Position numbers and translations under genes: made by a program | Notes under the pieces: generated by a model | What the model was told of the DNA's origin: nothing | Seen by the model: the letters and a program-made list of their open reading frames with translations, nothing else | The model's database searches: none | In this document: positions 40,548 to 55,427 of the stretch, piece by piece | Numbering within the stretch: position 1 is the first letter of the stretch | Layout of the letters: each line of letters opens with the position of its first letter | Assembly (NCBI GenBank): GCA_964016885.1 | Contig: OZ024743.1 | Span: 43,090,001-43,154,000 of the forward strand | DNA length: 64,000 nucleotides | Source of the DNA: Eledone cirrhosa | Lineage: Eukaryota | Direction: 5' to 3'

Positions 40548-42074
40548 CTCCTTCATTATAAGGAAGAATGATATTTCGAATCATCCATTGATATAATACG
40601 TGAACAATATCACTTTATGCATTCATATATAACAATAATGTTAGTTTGGGTGTTGGAGAATGTAATATACCAGTGAAGGATTGACAAATCAAATGTAAGC
40701 GTGTGGATGGAAACGGTATTTAAAAACTTTTTCAACATGCAAATACGAAGAGAGTGAATGAATGCGATATTGCAATTTTAAAATCATTAAAAAATTCTGA
40801 TATGTGAACTTCTGAAACGAGGTTAATATCTCTTCGAATATTGTAGCAACTCGTAAATATTATTGAAATGTTTTTATGTGTAAAGGTTCAGTTTTAAATG
40901 AAGAAAAGGATTGGTATATCCTACACAATTTGTATTTAATAATCAATTAAAGGATTTAATTTGTTGATCATATTTCGGTTAGATGGACAAGTATATAAAC
41001 AATTTATTAAAAGGCCTTAATATTTTTAGGACTTCATTTTTTTTCCAATATAACTGTTTGTAGTATTTCAAAGATAGTAAAAACTGACGGAAATAACGTA
41101 TACCAGAATAATGAGAAACAGCTTTTAAAAAAATAAAATAATATTCTATATATTTTACATATTTGGCATGAGCAAATTTGGTCAGGTCATCATATGATTT
41201 TTAAAAATATTATTGCTGCTAATCCCTACGTAACAAGGGAAATAAATGAGAATATTCCGTTAATAATAAAATAATCTGAAAATTATATTTTTTCTTCACG
41301 GACCTATACAATCGACTATTTCACAAATATTTTATAGTGAAATTTCATGGGTTGTGTGGCTTTGTTTGATAGCAAAAATTTTATTTTAAATGTTAATCTC
41401 ATAAACGTTTCGTAGACGTTCGAATCGTAAATATGATATTTTGGCAAAATTCCAACCATGATTTAAAACATATCTTCTTTTAAAACCTATTTAATTAAAT
41501 GACGCGTTACACAAATTCTATAATAATTCGCAGAGTTGCCACAAATCGCTATTTCCTGATTATATTCATCTTCATATAGTAATGATTAACTGAAACCTAA
41601 TTCTAGATATATATTATCTTCTTTTTTAATTACGCATATAAATGGTAAAATTATTTTGCGGCAATGCCTGCATTAAAACTCTCATTTTAACCTAGATACA
41701 TTGATATATACTGGAAAATCTGAGGAAAGAAACTCTGTTACTAGATCAACATGATTGCTGGTATTCTTTCTACATATAAGAAGCAGCAAAAACTTTCCTG
41801 TTGAATTCATTTGAATTTTTTACTGCTCCATTCAACTGTAGATATTTCCCTGTAATTTTCAGTATACGTAATTACAACTGTATATCTTTCACACAAAGTA
41901 ATTATATAGAGGTAAAAATATGGATGCCAATGATATAATTCATGTGTTAATGCTATAAGTATATATGTATATATGTATATAGAAAAAAAAACACACATGT
42001 ATACATATACACATGCATACACACACACACGCACACACAGACACACACATACGCACACACACACGTATACACAT

Positions 42075-42112
<38 letters not shown>

Positions 42113-44434
42113 GTATGTATGTAAGTTTGTATGTATGTATGTGTTGTGTGTGTATTTGTGAAATCTGTAAATGAAATAATATACGATTTTCTTTACGAAT
42201 AGACATGTGAAAGCCTTTAGCTGTGAATATTAAAAGTGATGGCGGCACCTGCCTAGCCCCAGCGGAAACCAAGTGTAGGGAGTAGGTGACAGCTGTTTCT
42301 GGCTGTTCGGTCGTTGTCAAGACGACGCACCCCTTTCCTTACTTTATAAACTAATATAAGGCCTAAACATATAGATTTAAAGCTTATGTAACTACGCTGA
42401 TTAGGCTCATTTCCATAGGGAGCGTTAGGTTGGCTCAGCTTGAACGAGAAATATAATTAAGGTGTTCTCTCCGAAATAGCTCTCTGTCCTGGATTAAAAT
42501 ATTATTTGTGAATAATAGCATGGCTATCCAAAAAAGTGATAATCATCATTTTCACGCTGGATCGGCTCATTAATTATTTCTTCGGTCAAGGACACGTTTC
42601 CGTGTGCCAGTCCTCATTTTGCCATTTTCCCTGTGGATCGTACTCTAACACCCATAATTCATCCCCTGTTATAACTTTATCTGAGAAACATCATCCAAAA
42701 TCACGTCTTTCTAGCAAATACAGTATGATGAATCAAACGATTTAGTACAGGAGTGTAAATATATCTCTATTATCTTAACCGTAATTTAAGCACGAAATAA
42801 ATTTTATTTTTCTGAACTCATAATCACAGTCCATAGCGTATTTATATAACATTACATTAGGTTAAGATAGGCAATGGAGTAGAATTTCCAAATACCGTGT
42901 TACTTATTCCGTAGTTATCAAGATACATAAGAGCATATCAACCACAATAATACGCATCATTTATCTATAATTATCCACGCATCCGTTTATTAATTACAGG
43001 TGTGTAAAATTGTATTAATATTAATATATATATATAGTAATAAGAATATTTATATTCATATATGTTTAATATAATTATAAATATGGTGGGTAGAACTAAG
43101 TACTAAGTATAAATATGGCGGGTAGAACTAAGTACTAAATACTTTTTTCAAAAGGCTCAATGCAAATGTTCAAGTGTATTACACAGCCGAGATGCAAAGT
43201 GTTAAAACGATCAAATTTTAGTTTAGAACATTTATTTGCTGACAATTGTTTCTTCCAGAGGGAAGTCTGGAATCATCGGAGCATAGGGAATGTCAAAACA
43301 TGTGACTAAAATCCTAGTCATTCAGGACATTTAGGGTAGATAATTGTTGTTAGTGTCATAGACATCATGTGGAGAGTCAGGAGTTAAGAAGATGTTATGC
43401 TTAAGAGAACGCAATTACAGGCAGCACTGGTTGAATGTGTAAGAGGTATAAGGAAAAAGTACAGACAGAAAATATATAATATATCTTAACATTGGAGAAC
43501 AGTTATGGGTGTACATTGCAGGAGTCAATAAATCAATAAGGCATGTCTGAGGAAAGAGTTATAATGCAGTTGAAATAAACATATTTCGTGTGGGATATTA
43601 AAGCAAGTTATAAGTGTGAGAAATGTTTAAGATAGCGTGCAATATGTTAGAAAGACATGTGGTGATAATGTAGGTATATGTTATGTGTGGTGTAATGCAA
43701 AGCACGTGAATTGGATAGGTGATTTTCATTCAAGTGTGTTTGTGTTGTAGTTCGTATGTATGTGTGTATGTTGGTGTGTAACTCACATCTATTAACCATG
43801 GAATTATTTTGAGTCGTTTATAGTTAATAGGTGTCTGTTTGTTAAATGTGAATTCCACCGAATTACAGGCTATGTTGTTATAGTAGGTATATTATATTAT
43901 GCATTTTTATCTAAAAATTATCTTTTCTAGGGTTTGTATTAACCGTTATTAAGTTGATGGTAAACCGTTAGCTTGCTTAATTTTATGAACTTACACAAGA
44001 TGTTGTAAAGGGAGGTAATTAAGGTTGCTGACAAATTGAGGGTTGTTTTATTATTGTTATAGTGTTCTAAATTAATCTTTATAGAGTATATAAAATATTA
44101 TTATTGTTTATTAATTATATAATTGTTATCTTTTCAACCTGTGTGGAGGGAGGTAAAAAATATTTTTAATTATTTTATTATAACTAGATAGTGTTTACAT
44201 AGTTAGTATATGTATATATAATATAAGGTATATATAAATGTGTGAGAATGTATATATATATATATATATACAGATTGTGCAGAGAGAGTTGACATTTTTT
44301 TATGACAGGATAGGGAGTTGCATAATCTATACTAGAGTAATTGGTGTTATATACACTGTTCTCTGCTATTTAGTTGGTGTTGTATATTGAGAGTATATTA
44401 GAGTGTCTATATTATTTAATTATTAGGCATGTGT

Positions 44435-44620
44435 ATTGGCAGTATCGGTAGAGGGTCGGACGCCATGCTTTCCAACATAGTTACGTCCCTTTACGATCTG
44501 AGTTCAAATCCCGCCTAGGTTGACTTTGCCTTTCATCCTTACGGGGTCGATAAAATAAAGTACCAGTAATGCACTGGGTAACTGCTGGCCTTGTGCCTAA
44601 AGTAGAAACAATTATATTAT
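44435..44620 (+). mobile_element. tRNA-derived SINE
   Basis: Complete head, central domain and tail. Confidence 0.88.
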
Positions 44621-44783
44621 TTAATTATTCTAATTGTATAAGGTAAGCGATCAAACAAGGGGTTTATTGGCTGTATATAGGTTAGTGTGGATTTTTAATT
44701 AAGGTGTAGTCCTATATTTATGAAGATCTAATTGGATAAATTTAAAGGTGGCGGTCTAGTATTATCTCCGACATTGGTTTTTA

Positions 44784-44828
<45 letters not shown>

Positions 44829-44833
44829 GATGA

Positions 44834-44978
44834 GGGCGGTGGATTGGTAGTATCGGTAGAGGGTCGGACGCCATGCTTTGCAGCATAGAGTTACATCTCT
44901 TTATGATCTGAGCTCAAATCCCGCCGATGTTAACTTTACCTTTCATCCTCATGGGGTCGATAAAATAAAGTACCAGTT
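44834..44978 (+). mobile_element. tRNA-derived SINE (tail missing), preceded by (TTA)n
   Basis: ggcggtggattggtagtatcggtagagggtcggacgcc..gtcgataaaataaagtaccag. Confidence 0.85.
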
Positions 44979-46475
44979 AATTGTTGCGAAACAAATTTAA
45001 GATTTGAAATTTAAATTTGTCCGCGTATCACGGCTATTGCCAATATAGGTTTGTTTTTATTGATTTATTATTTTAAATCGAGACAGGCAGACTGTATTAA
45101 TTTAATTAGTATTTTTCAATCTAGCTAACTTTGTCATTTGCAATACAAACACTTATATACTTGTATTAGTGTTTATCCCTATCATATATTCATTTGTATA
45201 TATATATATATTAATACAATTTTATAAATATACATGTGGTAAAATGTTGATCAATTAGCATAGTGGTAATAATAACCACGCCACGTAACAAAGGAGTCAC
45301 GAGCTTGATCCGTGTATATATCCGTGAATACATTTAAACTTCCACCGTATGTGTCGGGAAGATATTCTCGCTATATAAAATTACACTTGAATTATTAATT
45401 TTGGAAATTTTCTCTAGATGAGTATTAATAAATTAACTATTAGCTGTCTCTTAATTTCACGCTTGATACAATTTTATAAAACAATTAAATGAACGTGTTA
45501 CAAGAGATAAGTTTCATTCAACTATGAAAAAAAGACGTCACTAGCATGGGATTTAAAACTGCATAGATATATTTTTTCATGGATATCAATAACAATTACT
45601 TTATATGTCAATAGATAGTGATGTTGCCGTTACGGAATCATTATTTTCGAATACTTAGAAATATGGTATCTTTGCCAGGCTTCAATCACAGGTATTTTTT
45701 TTTAATAACACAAAATATATTTTCTTGTGAAGAATACTTACTATATCATGTAACCAAAATACTGTTAACATTCGCAAATTTTCCACCGATCGATATTTCT
45801 CCATTCTTTTCAGCTTCATTAAGTAATCCGTCAATTTTAATAAGGATGTAACATGACTAACCATTGCTTCGTTCTAGATAAATATCTCATTTTCTTATTC
45901 AATTATTATTGTAGATTTGAAACGCTATTTAGAAGCAATGCGTAAATTACAAACTCAAAGTTTAACCTAGATAAACTGATATAAAATCTGCTAAAATAAC
46001 GTTTCCCGCGTTCTTCGTGAATGTTTATATATATTTTTTCCGCGGAAAAATTTTAATTGAATATTTTCTGCTGAATTGTACATTCTTCAATTCAACTATT
46101 ACCTTTTCCTGTAATTTCCAGTGTTCATAATTACAGGTGTTTACCGATCCACACAGAATAATTGTATATAGAAATATATTGAAGCTATAACTAAATGAAT
46201 ACAGGATTATATTGTCGCTACACACATATAAAAATATAATTCACAGATATATAATTATATATTAAATAAAATGTATGACGCCAATACTAATTAATAGGAA
46301 GTGATACAAGCATCTGTTTGTTATATCCATTCAGAGAAACGAGTAAATATAGATGGTGATGAATAAGTAAAATAAAGCAGCATATACTACCTTTTAACAC
46401 ACGATTAGGTGTTATTGATAAACGTATAAAATACAGCATGTCCTACACTATCGATAAAATATACCTCTCTCTACA

Positions 46476-46536
<61 letters not shown>

Positions 46537-46569
46537 GCTCTCTCTCTCTCTCTTTCTCTCACTCTCTCG

Positions 46570-46654
<85 letters not shown>

Positions 46655-46704
46655 AAATAAGATAACAAAGATGAGTGGTTACTCTTTCATCATGTTTATT
46701 GATT

Positions 46705-46790
46705 GGTGACGCGCGTTTCGCCACTGACAGGCTCAAGGTTCGATCTGTATCGATCTGACCTGACTCTGTAACCGCGGTTCGTCAGACCCC
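46705..46790 (-). ncRNA. Isolated type I hammerhead-like motif with extended stem II
   Basis: ggt CTGACGA a-ccgc..(~50 nt)..gtgg-c GAAA cgcgcg TC acc, followed by AATAAA; palindromic stem III ACGCGCGT, GUC triplet. Confidence 0.62.
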
Positions 46791-46975
46791 TTGTAATGTT
46801 AATGGTCTTCCTCCTCCAGTGTGTCCATGCAGGGTCTCCCACAGGAGCACTGAGTGCAGTGTCAACTCTGGATGTCGGTGAGCATGTCCAGCTAACCTCA
46901 GTAACCTCTGTGTCACTTCCGAGCTGACTTTTGGGAGGCTCCCGTACAGCTCTGACCCTTTCATCCTCAGTGAAC
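46791..46975 (-). pseudogene. RTE-like LINE C-terminal fragment
   Basis: SELYGSLPKVSSEVTQRLLRLAGHAHRHPEL..LLWETLHG..GGRP matches the RTE C-terminal RLRxAGH..RGRP pattern. Confidence 0.7.
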
Positions 46976-49043
46976 ATATAAACAAAGTTTTATCGAAAAC
47001 CGAGGTGAGCCCCGAGTGTATTAAGCATTTATAGAATAATGAGAAAAGCTGAACGGAAAAAAACATCTGCCAAATTAGCAAAATGCCATCGATAACGAAG
47101 TCAAGTAACACTTAGCTGGAATAAACGGCTAGAAATATGTTGACCAAGAGAAGCGATAACTAGAGACGAGCAAAAATAGAAAATGGAAAAATGAAGATGA
47201 TCGATACAATATCACACAAACATCATTTTAGGTTAGCAGCGCTCTTAAAGGAATGTAGTTTCCCAAAAATCTAAAATGGAAGGTAAATCGTTTAATGGAA
47301 CTGAACGTCTCACTCCCGTTGCATAATAACTAGAGAGGGCGGATTAGCGAATTAGTTAAGTGGGCGTTGACTGGGGAAGTCTTCAACAACAAAGAGTGGG
47401 TCTCCTTGAAAAGGGATGTCAAACTAGAATCCGTTATGTTAAGGAGCACTGTAGCGATACAAAAAAAAAAAAGATTTGGTTAGAAAGGTGATTAGCAAAA
47501 GCATCGCAACCAGCATGCAAGCGGCCAGAGATAGGGCATGTGCCATGAGATACGAGGGGACAAATGTCGTTCAATGGACTGAGTGTTGGAGGTGTGGCGT
47601 TGCAACAAAGCCACGATCCAGTTTTGCACACCACGACGGACGCATGTTAGTCAATCCCGAGCATAAGTGTGCAGTTTTCAGCTTCAGTTCCCTCAACTGC
47701 TCGGGAGCAGTGGTTGGCCCGTTCGTGGAATGGCTTTCAGTCCTTACTTCGTCAGTCGTGTACGTGTCTCGCCGAAAAACAATTAAAAGCTGCTAAATTA
47801 CGGGAGATGGTTTAGGAAGTGACCCTCATTCCAGGACAACCCCAGGCCTTTGTGGAGATCGGGTGGTTCGATCTCCTTGTTTGTTAATGTGTTATTTCGG
47901 GAACTCCATTAAATCATGCTTGTGGCTTTTACATTTGTGGTTCATACGCCTTGAAGGCAGCTCCTCATAATGTTGTTTCATGTTTGGGTGCCATTTGCAG
48001 CTTCATAAGTGACTGTGACATTTGAAGATGCTGGTGGCAAACATCTCCCCTTTTCTCTTAAATTCCTCTCGTTGTGCCATACGGACAATCTTCCTTTTTT
48101 CATCTTATTAACACAACGTTCAGTGTTTGTGGTATTGGTTTTTCAGATCTTGGGAGTTTTCGTTTCGTTGGTTGTTCCGCTGGTAGTGGTAGCCTTGTTG
48201 GTATTGTTGTGGATGTAACTTTGCTTGTGTGTGTTTAGTGTTTGCAGATTCTGTTGTGTGTGTCATGTTTGGACTTTTAATATTTATGTGCACTCTGGCA
48301 AAGTGCCCCTTCGTGACACAGGTGTGTGTAGCGATCATATGCGATATAACATAATCAACATGATAAGTGAAGAGATTTTCCCATCGGTAGTAACATTAGC
48401 CCGTATTAAAGTACATCTCAACAGACTGTCATCCTCTTTGATAGTTACTATTGAAGCCAGTAATAGGAATATAGGCAGCCTTAGAATCAAGCTTAATCCA
48501 CAAACCAACAACAGATTAGAACTCATCAGAAAGCACATAACTTTTGACATGATAACGCATTCACCGATAATAGTGAACTCATAGAGAACATTAGAACCAG
48601 ACACACAAAATTTGACTTAAACTCTCGGGAAAACACAGCCCGAACATATAATTCAATCCAGAATGCCCAAATTATCAACATTATACCAACTTGACACAGC
48701 ATTCGTATCTAGAAATGTTGACGTAAAAACTGAAACAACAACATGCAATATTCGAGAGGAACACTCACACAAGCACACACAACGCTACACACATGTCAGT
48801 CCAGATGCGTCCTTCTCTCGACATTTCCGGCAGCTAAACATAAACCGTCACTTGCAAATAAAGGAAATAAAATGGTGAGCCTATAAGAAATAAAGTATGA
48901 ATTCCGGGCCAGTTTCTTATTATAGTCTTACAAAGAGGGAATTTTAGCCCCGACGTATTTGTACAGGTAAATATATTAATATGGGATACTGTAGAAACAT
49001 ATTCGTTGCCTTCAATTGATTACAAAACCTACCGTCCATTTTG

Positions 49044-49203
<160 letters not shown>

Positions 49204-49902
49204 ATTAAATAAATGGAAAACTATATTTATAAAACCATATCTATTTCACTATATATATTTCGGGGATATCATATTAACAATATGCTATGCCCTCATCAGA
49301 CAAAATACAATATAAACAGTTTTATAGATAAATATATTCGACATACCGTAATAAACATCAACTTCATTTGAAGAGGTTTACGCTAGCAGTGAAAATACAG
49401 AGAGAAAGAAAGAGAGAAAGAAAAGAGGGAAAAACGAAAGAAAGAAAGACAAAACGAAGAAAAGGAAGAAAAAGAAGAAAAAGAAAAAGAAGAAATGCAT
49501 GGAACAAAACAGAGAGATGGAAAAATAGATAAAGCGAAGAGCTTCATGCAAAGAGACAGAAAGATATATATATATAGAGAGAGAGAGGAAACAGAGATAG
49601 ACACACATATACACATAGAAAATTAGGTAGGAATCCTCAGTCACTGAAGAGGTCACGGAGTGTGTGACGAAAGGACAATGACTATATATAAACAACTATC
49701 TGGTTGTGGAACCAACCAACCAACCAGAAATGTATAGGTTTGTAGATTTGTAAATTTATAAATTTATAAATATATAATAAATTGAAGTGAAAGCAATGGT
49801 GCGTGTGTTTCTTATTGGCAACATGACGCTCCCAAAGTATAACAATATCGGTTTCAACACACGATTTCAGATAAAGAATCTTGCTAAACAAATTCAGAAA
49901 CG

Positions 49903-49956
<54 letters not shown>

Positions 49957-49961
49957 TATAC

Positions 49962-50394
49962 CTGAAAAATGCGCAAGCTCAAAAGAGCCACGTAATGTTA
50001 CAATAAACCTTCAAAAGTGTGGGACTAGAATTGTTGCTCTAAAATATTGTAATCGTTATCTATCGAACACTCTGTGGCATCCTTTTATAAAAAAGAGACT
50101 CATAACGAACTCAAGACGACACGATAATTATTTAAGCTAATGTTCAATATCTCATATTAGATGTTTAGTAATGATTAATACGAAATGCACTTAAACCGAA
50201 TTCTATATGATAAATTCCCTTAAATAATGTTCGTGTCGTCTTGAGTTCGTTATGAGTCTCTTTTTTATAAAAGGATGCCACAACATGTACGATAGATAAT
50301 GATTACAATATTTTTGAGCAACAACTCTAGTCCCACACTTTTGAAGGTTTATCATAACATTCTGTGGCTCTTTTGAGCTTGCGTATTTTTCAGG
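49962..50394. repeat. Foldback inverted repeat (~160-bp arms)
   Basis: 49962-50122 is reverse-complementary to 50232-50394. Confidence 0.85.
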
Positions 50395-51576
50395 TCTCGT
50401 TTAATATTTTTAATGCAACGCTTGTAATAACTCTAGTTAATCCTGATATATATGAATAATAAATTATCATTAGATTATATAATTGTTATTTTATAAATGA
50501 TCTTATAAATATTATGGTAAGATGTATAAAAATATTTTCAGACTTTTAATATAAACAACTACAAAAAACAATCAATATTAAATAAATATATTTTACATAA
50601 TAATTGTTATAGTTGAATTAATAAAAATTAAATATTATATACAAATAGTCTAACATAATAATAATAAAATAATCTAACATAAAACGAGCAATAATATGGA
50701 CAAATATACAAGTAAATATGATACAACCAATATTATAAGCATGTTATACCGAACTGAAAAAGAAATAGTTAATATAAATTAAAAAATCATAGATAAATTA
50801 ACAATATAATTTACCAAAACGATAAAAATATTTTGATGTTAACGACGAAATACAGGAGGAGGAGTCAAAAACGAAACGCTAAATAAACGAGCAAACAAAG
50901 TGGCGGATGCTTTTGCGCAACAATTACTCTCATTGGTTGATTAGCCAATAACACGATGAAATTAGCCAATAAGACGATACATTACAAAAGATGTCTGGCA
51001 GGGATCACCACAGCTAGCGAAACGCCTTGAATTTTTGTATTCACAAGCTACGCTTGCAGACTTGAAACATTTTGTTGTTAGTCACTGCGTGTCTAACAGA
51101 TATATAGTAATAATAATAAATTTGAAGACTAAAATCCGTTAACACTTACACAGGAGCGCTGTACTAGTTTCAAGATTGTTAGCTATCGTCAGCAACGTAT
51201 ACCTTCCTGCCAGATTGTTGAACCTATATATTTACGTTATGCATATTAACGGCTGAGTAGCCCAATTTGCATAACGAGCGAGTTAATAGGCCGGGTGTAC
51301 CGAAAACGATAAACGGAAAAAATGAAACGATATTTCATTTCCAACTCTTAGTACGGCTGTTACTTAAATATAAGTATGTACACGTACATACATATATGTA
51401 TACTGATTTACAGTAGTATGTATATATATATACATACATGCACACATATATATATGCACGTATAGATTCACCGAACATTTATTATAATACTCCGTGTGTT
51501 TGTAAACAAACATCCCGTATTAAGCTGTAGTGTCTAGCAACCACCGTTGCTCGTTTATTCAACACTGACAAAGGAC

Positions 51577-51618
51577 CGTTGTACTAGTTTCAAGCTTGTT
51601 AGCTATCGTCAGCAACGT
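51577..51618 (-). ncRNA. Type I hammerhead ribozyme (inverted arm)
   Basis: cgttg CTGACGA t-agct-aaca-agct-t GAAA ctag TA caacg; stem I is fully Watson-Crick in this copy. Confidence 0.8.
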
Positions 51619-52237
51619 ATACCTTCCTGCCAGATTGTTGAACGTATATATTTACCTTATGCATATTAACGGCTGAGTAGCCCAATTTGCATAACGAGCA
51701 GGTTAATAGGCCCGGTGCACCCGGCCGATTGACCCACTCTATATGCAAATTGGGCTACTCAAGCCGTTAATATGAATAAGGTAAGTATCTGCGTTCCACA
51801 ATCCGGTAGGAAGGTATACGTTGCTGACGATATCTAACAAGCTTGAAACTAGTACAGCGTTCTTTTGTCAGTGTTGAACAACGAGCAGCGGTGGTTGCTA
51901 GACACTACGGCTTAATACTGAATGTTTGATAACAAACACACCGAGCACTATAATAAATGTTCGGTGAATCCATACGTGCATATATATATATGTGTGCATG
52001 TATGTATACATATATACATACTACTTACGTCAGTATACATATATGTATGTACGTGTACATACTTATATTTAAGTAACAGCCGTACTAAGAGTGGGAAATG
52101 AAATATCGTTTCATTTTTTCTGTTTATCGTTTTCGGTGCACCCAGCCGATTAACCAACTCGACATGCAAATTTGGCTACTCAGCCGTTAATATGCATAAC
52201 GTAAGTACAGACGTTCAACAATCTGAAAGGAAGGTAT

Positions 52238-52280
52238 ACGTTGCTGACGATAGCTAACAAGCTTGAAACTAGTACAGCGT
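52238..52280 (+). ncRNA. Type I hammerhead ribozyme (representative; intact copies also at ~53090, 53510, 54770)
   Basis: acgttg CTGACGA t-agct-aaca-agct-t GAAA ctag TA cagcgt; palindromic stem III ACTAGT, GUA triplet. Confidence 0.82.
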
Positions 52281-55200
52281 TCCTTTGTCAGTGTTGAACA
52301 AACGAGCAACGGTGGTTGCTAGACACAACGGCTTAATACGAGATGTTTGTTTACAAACACACCGAGCATCACAATAAATGTTCGGTGAATGTATACGTGC
52401 ATATATATATGTGTGCATGTATGTATATATATATACATGCTACTGTACATCGGTATACATATATGTATGTACGTGTACATACTTATATTTAAGTGACAGC
52501 CGTACTAAGAGTTGGAAATGAAATATCGTTTCATTTTTTCCGTTTATCGTTTTCGGTGCACCCGGCCTATTAACTCGCTCGTTATGCAAATTGGGCTACT
52601 CAGCCGTTAATATGCATAACGTAAATATATAGGTTCAACAATCTGGCAGGAAGGTATACGTTGCTGACGATAGCTAACAATCTTGAAACTAGTACAGCGC
52701 TCCTTTGTAAGTGTTGAACAAACGAGCAACGGTGGTTGTTAGACACTACGGCTTAATACGGGATATTTGTTTACAAACACACCGAGCATTATAATAAGTG
52801 TTCGGTGAATCCATACGTGCATATATATATATATATGTGTGCATGTATGTCTATATATATACAAACTACTGTACGTCAGTATACATATATGTATGTACGT
52901 GTACATATTTATATTTAAGTAACAGCCGTACTAAGAGTTGGAAATGAAATATCGTTTCATTTTTTCCGTTTACCGTTGTCGGTGCACTCGGCCAATTAAC
53001 CAACTCGATATGCAACTTGGGCTACGCAGCCGTTAATATGCATAAGGTAAGTATATACGTTCCACAATCTGGCAGGAAGGTATACGTTGCTGACGATAGC
53101 TAACAAGCTTGAAACTAGTACAGCGTTCTTTGTCAGTGTTGAACAAACGAGCAACGGTGGTTGCTAGACACGACGGCTTAATACGGGATGTTTGTTTACA
53201 AACACACCGAGCATAATAATAAATGGTCGGTGAATCCATACGTGCATATATATGTGTGTGCATGTATGTATATATATATACATACTACTGTACGTCGGTA
53301 TACATATATGTATGTACGTATACATACTTATATTTAATTAACAGCCGTACTAAAAGTGGGAAATGAAATATCGTTTCATCGTTTCCGTTTATCGCTTTCG
53401 GTGCACCCGGCCGATTGACCCACTCTATATGCAAATTGGGCTACTCAAGCCGTTAATATGAATAAGGTAAGTATCTGCGTTCCACAATCTGGTAGGAAAG
53501 TATACGTTGCTGACGATAGCTAACAAGCTTGAAACTAGTACAGCGTTCCTTTGTCAGTGTTGAACAAACGAGCAACGGTGGTTGCTAGACACTACAGCTT
53601 AATACGGGATGTTTGTTTACAAACAGACGGAGCATTATAATAAATGTTCGGTGAATCTATACGTGCATATATATATGTGTGCATGTATGTATATATATAT
53701 ATACATACTACTGTACGTCTGTGTACATATATGTATGTACGTGTACATAGTTATATTTAAGTAACTGCCGTACTAAGAGTGGGAAATGAAATATCGTTTC
53801 ATTTTTTCCGTTTATCGTTTTCGGTGCACCCGGCCGATGACCCACAATATATGCAAATTGAGCTACTCAGCCGTTAATATGAATAAGGTAAGTATAGGCG
53901 TTCCACAATCTTGCAGGAAGGTATACGTTGATGACGATAGCTAACAAGCTTGAAACTAGTACAGCGTTCCTTTGTCAGTGTTGAATAAACGAGCAACGGT
54001 TGTTGCTAGACACTACACTTAATACGGGATGTTTCTTTACAAACACACCGAGCATTATAATAAATGTTCGGTGAATCTATACGTGCATATATATATGTGT
54101 GCATGTATGTATATATATATACATGCTACTGTAAATCGGTATACATATATGTATGTACGTGTACATACTAATATTTAAGTAACAGCCGTACTAAGAGTTG
54201 GAAATGAAATATCGTTTCATTTTTTCCGTTTATCGTTTTCGGTGCACCCGGCCGATTAACCGGCTCGTTATGCAAATTTGGCTACTCAGCAGTTAATATG
54301 CATAGGGTAAGTATATACGTTCAACAATCTGGCAGGAAAGTATACGTTGCTGACGATAGCTAACAAGCTTGAAACTATTACAGCGTTCCTTTGTCAGTGT
54401 TGAACAAACGAGCAGCGGTGGTTGCTAGACACTACGGCTTAATACGGGATGTTTGTTTACAAACACACGGAACATTATAATAAATGTTCGGTGAATCTAT
54501 ACGTGCATATATATATGTGTGCATGTATGTATATATATATACATACTACTGTACATCGGTATACATATATGTATGTACGTGTACATACTTATATTTAAGT
54601 AATAGCCGTACTAAGAGTGGGAAATGAAATATCGTTTCATTTTTTCCGTTTATCGTTGTCGGTGCACCCGGCCGATTAACCCACTCGATATGCAAATTGG
54701 GCTACTCAGCCGTTAATATGCATAAGGTAAGTATAGACGTTCAACAATCTGGCAGGAAGGTATACGTTGCTGACGATAGCTAACAAGCTTGAAACTAGTA
54801 CAGCGTTCCTTTGTCAGTGTTGAACAAACGAGCAACGGTGATTATAGACACTACGGCTTATACGGGATGTTTGTTTACAAACACACCGAGCATTAAAATA
54901 AATGTTCGATGAATCCATACGTGCATATATATATGTGTGCATGTATGTATATATATATACATACTACTGTACGTCAGTATACATATATGTATGTACGTGT
55001 ACATAGTTATATTTAAGTAACATCCGTACTAAGAGTGGGAAATGAAATATCGTTTCATTTTTTCCGTTTATCGTTTTCGGTGCACCCGGCCGATTAACCC
55101 AATCGATATGCAAATTGGGCTACTCAGACGTTAATATGCATAAGGTAAGTATAACGTTCAACAATCTGGCAGGAACGTATACGTTGCCGACGGTAGTTAA

Positions 55201-55427
55201 CAATCTTGAAACTAGTACAGCGTGCCTTTGTCAGTGTTGAACAAACGAGCAACGATGGTTGCTAGACACTACGGCTTAATACGGGATGTTTGTTTACAAA
55301 CACACGGAGCATTATAATAAAAGTTCTGTGAATCCATACGTGCATATATATGTGTGTGCATGTATGTATATATATATACACACTAATGTACGTCTGTATA
55401 CATATATGTATGTACGTGTACATACTA

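Noticed and set aside
43150-44400. Possible additional decayed Penelope body on the minus strand
   Set aside because: Strand-biased composition is suggestive, but no convincing motif could be read.
47725-47760. Minus-strand CTGACGA-agt-aagg-act-GAAA hammerhead-like core
   Set aside because: Stems I and III do not pair.
47150-48880. GC-richer stretch with a KGHFARV knuckle-like peptide (possible gag/LINE relic)
   Set aside because: CCHC incomplete and no other motif recognisable; needs BLASTX.
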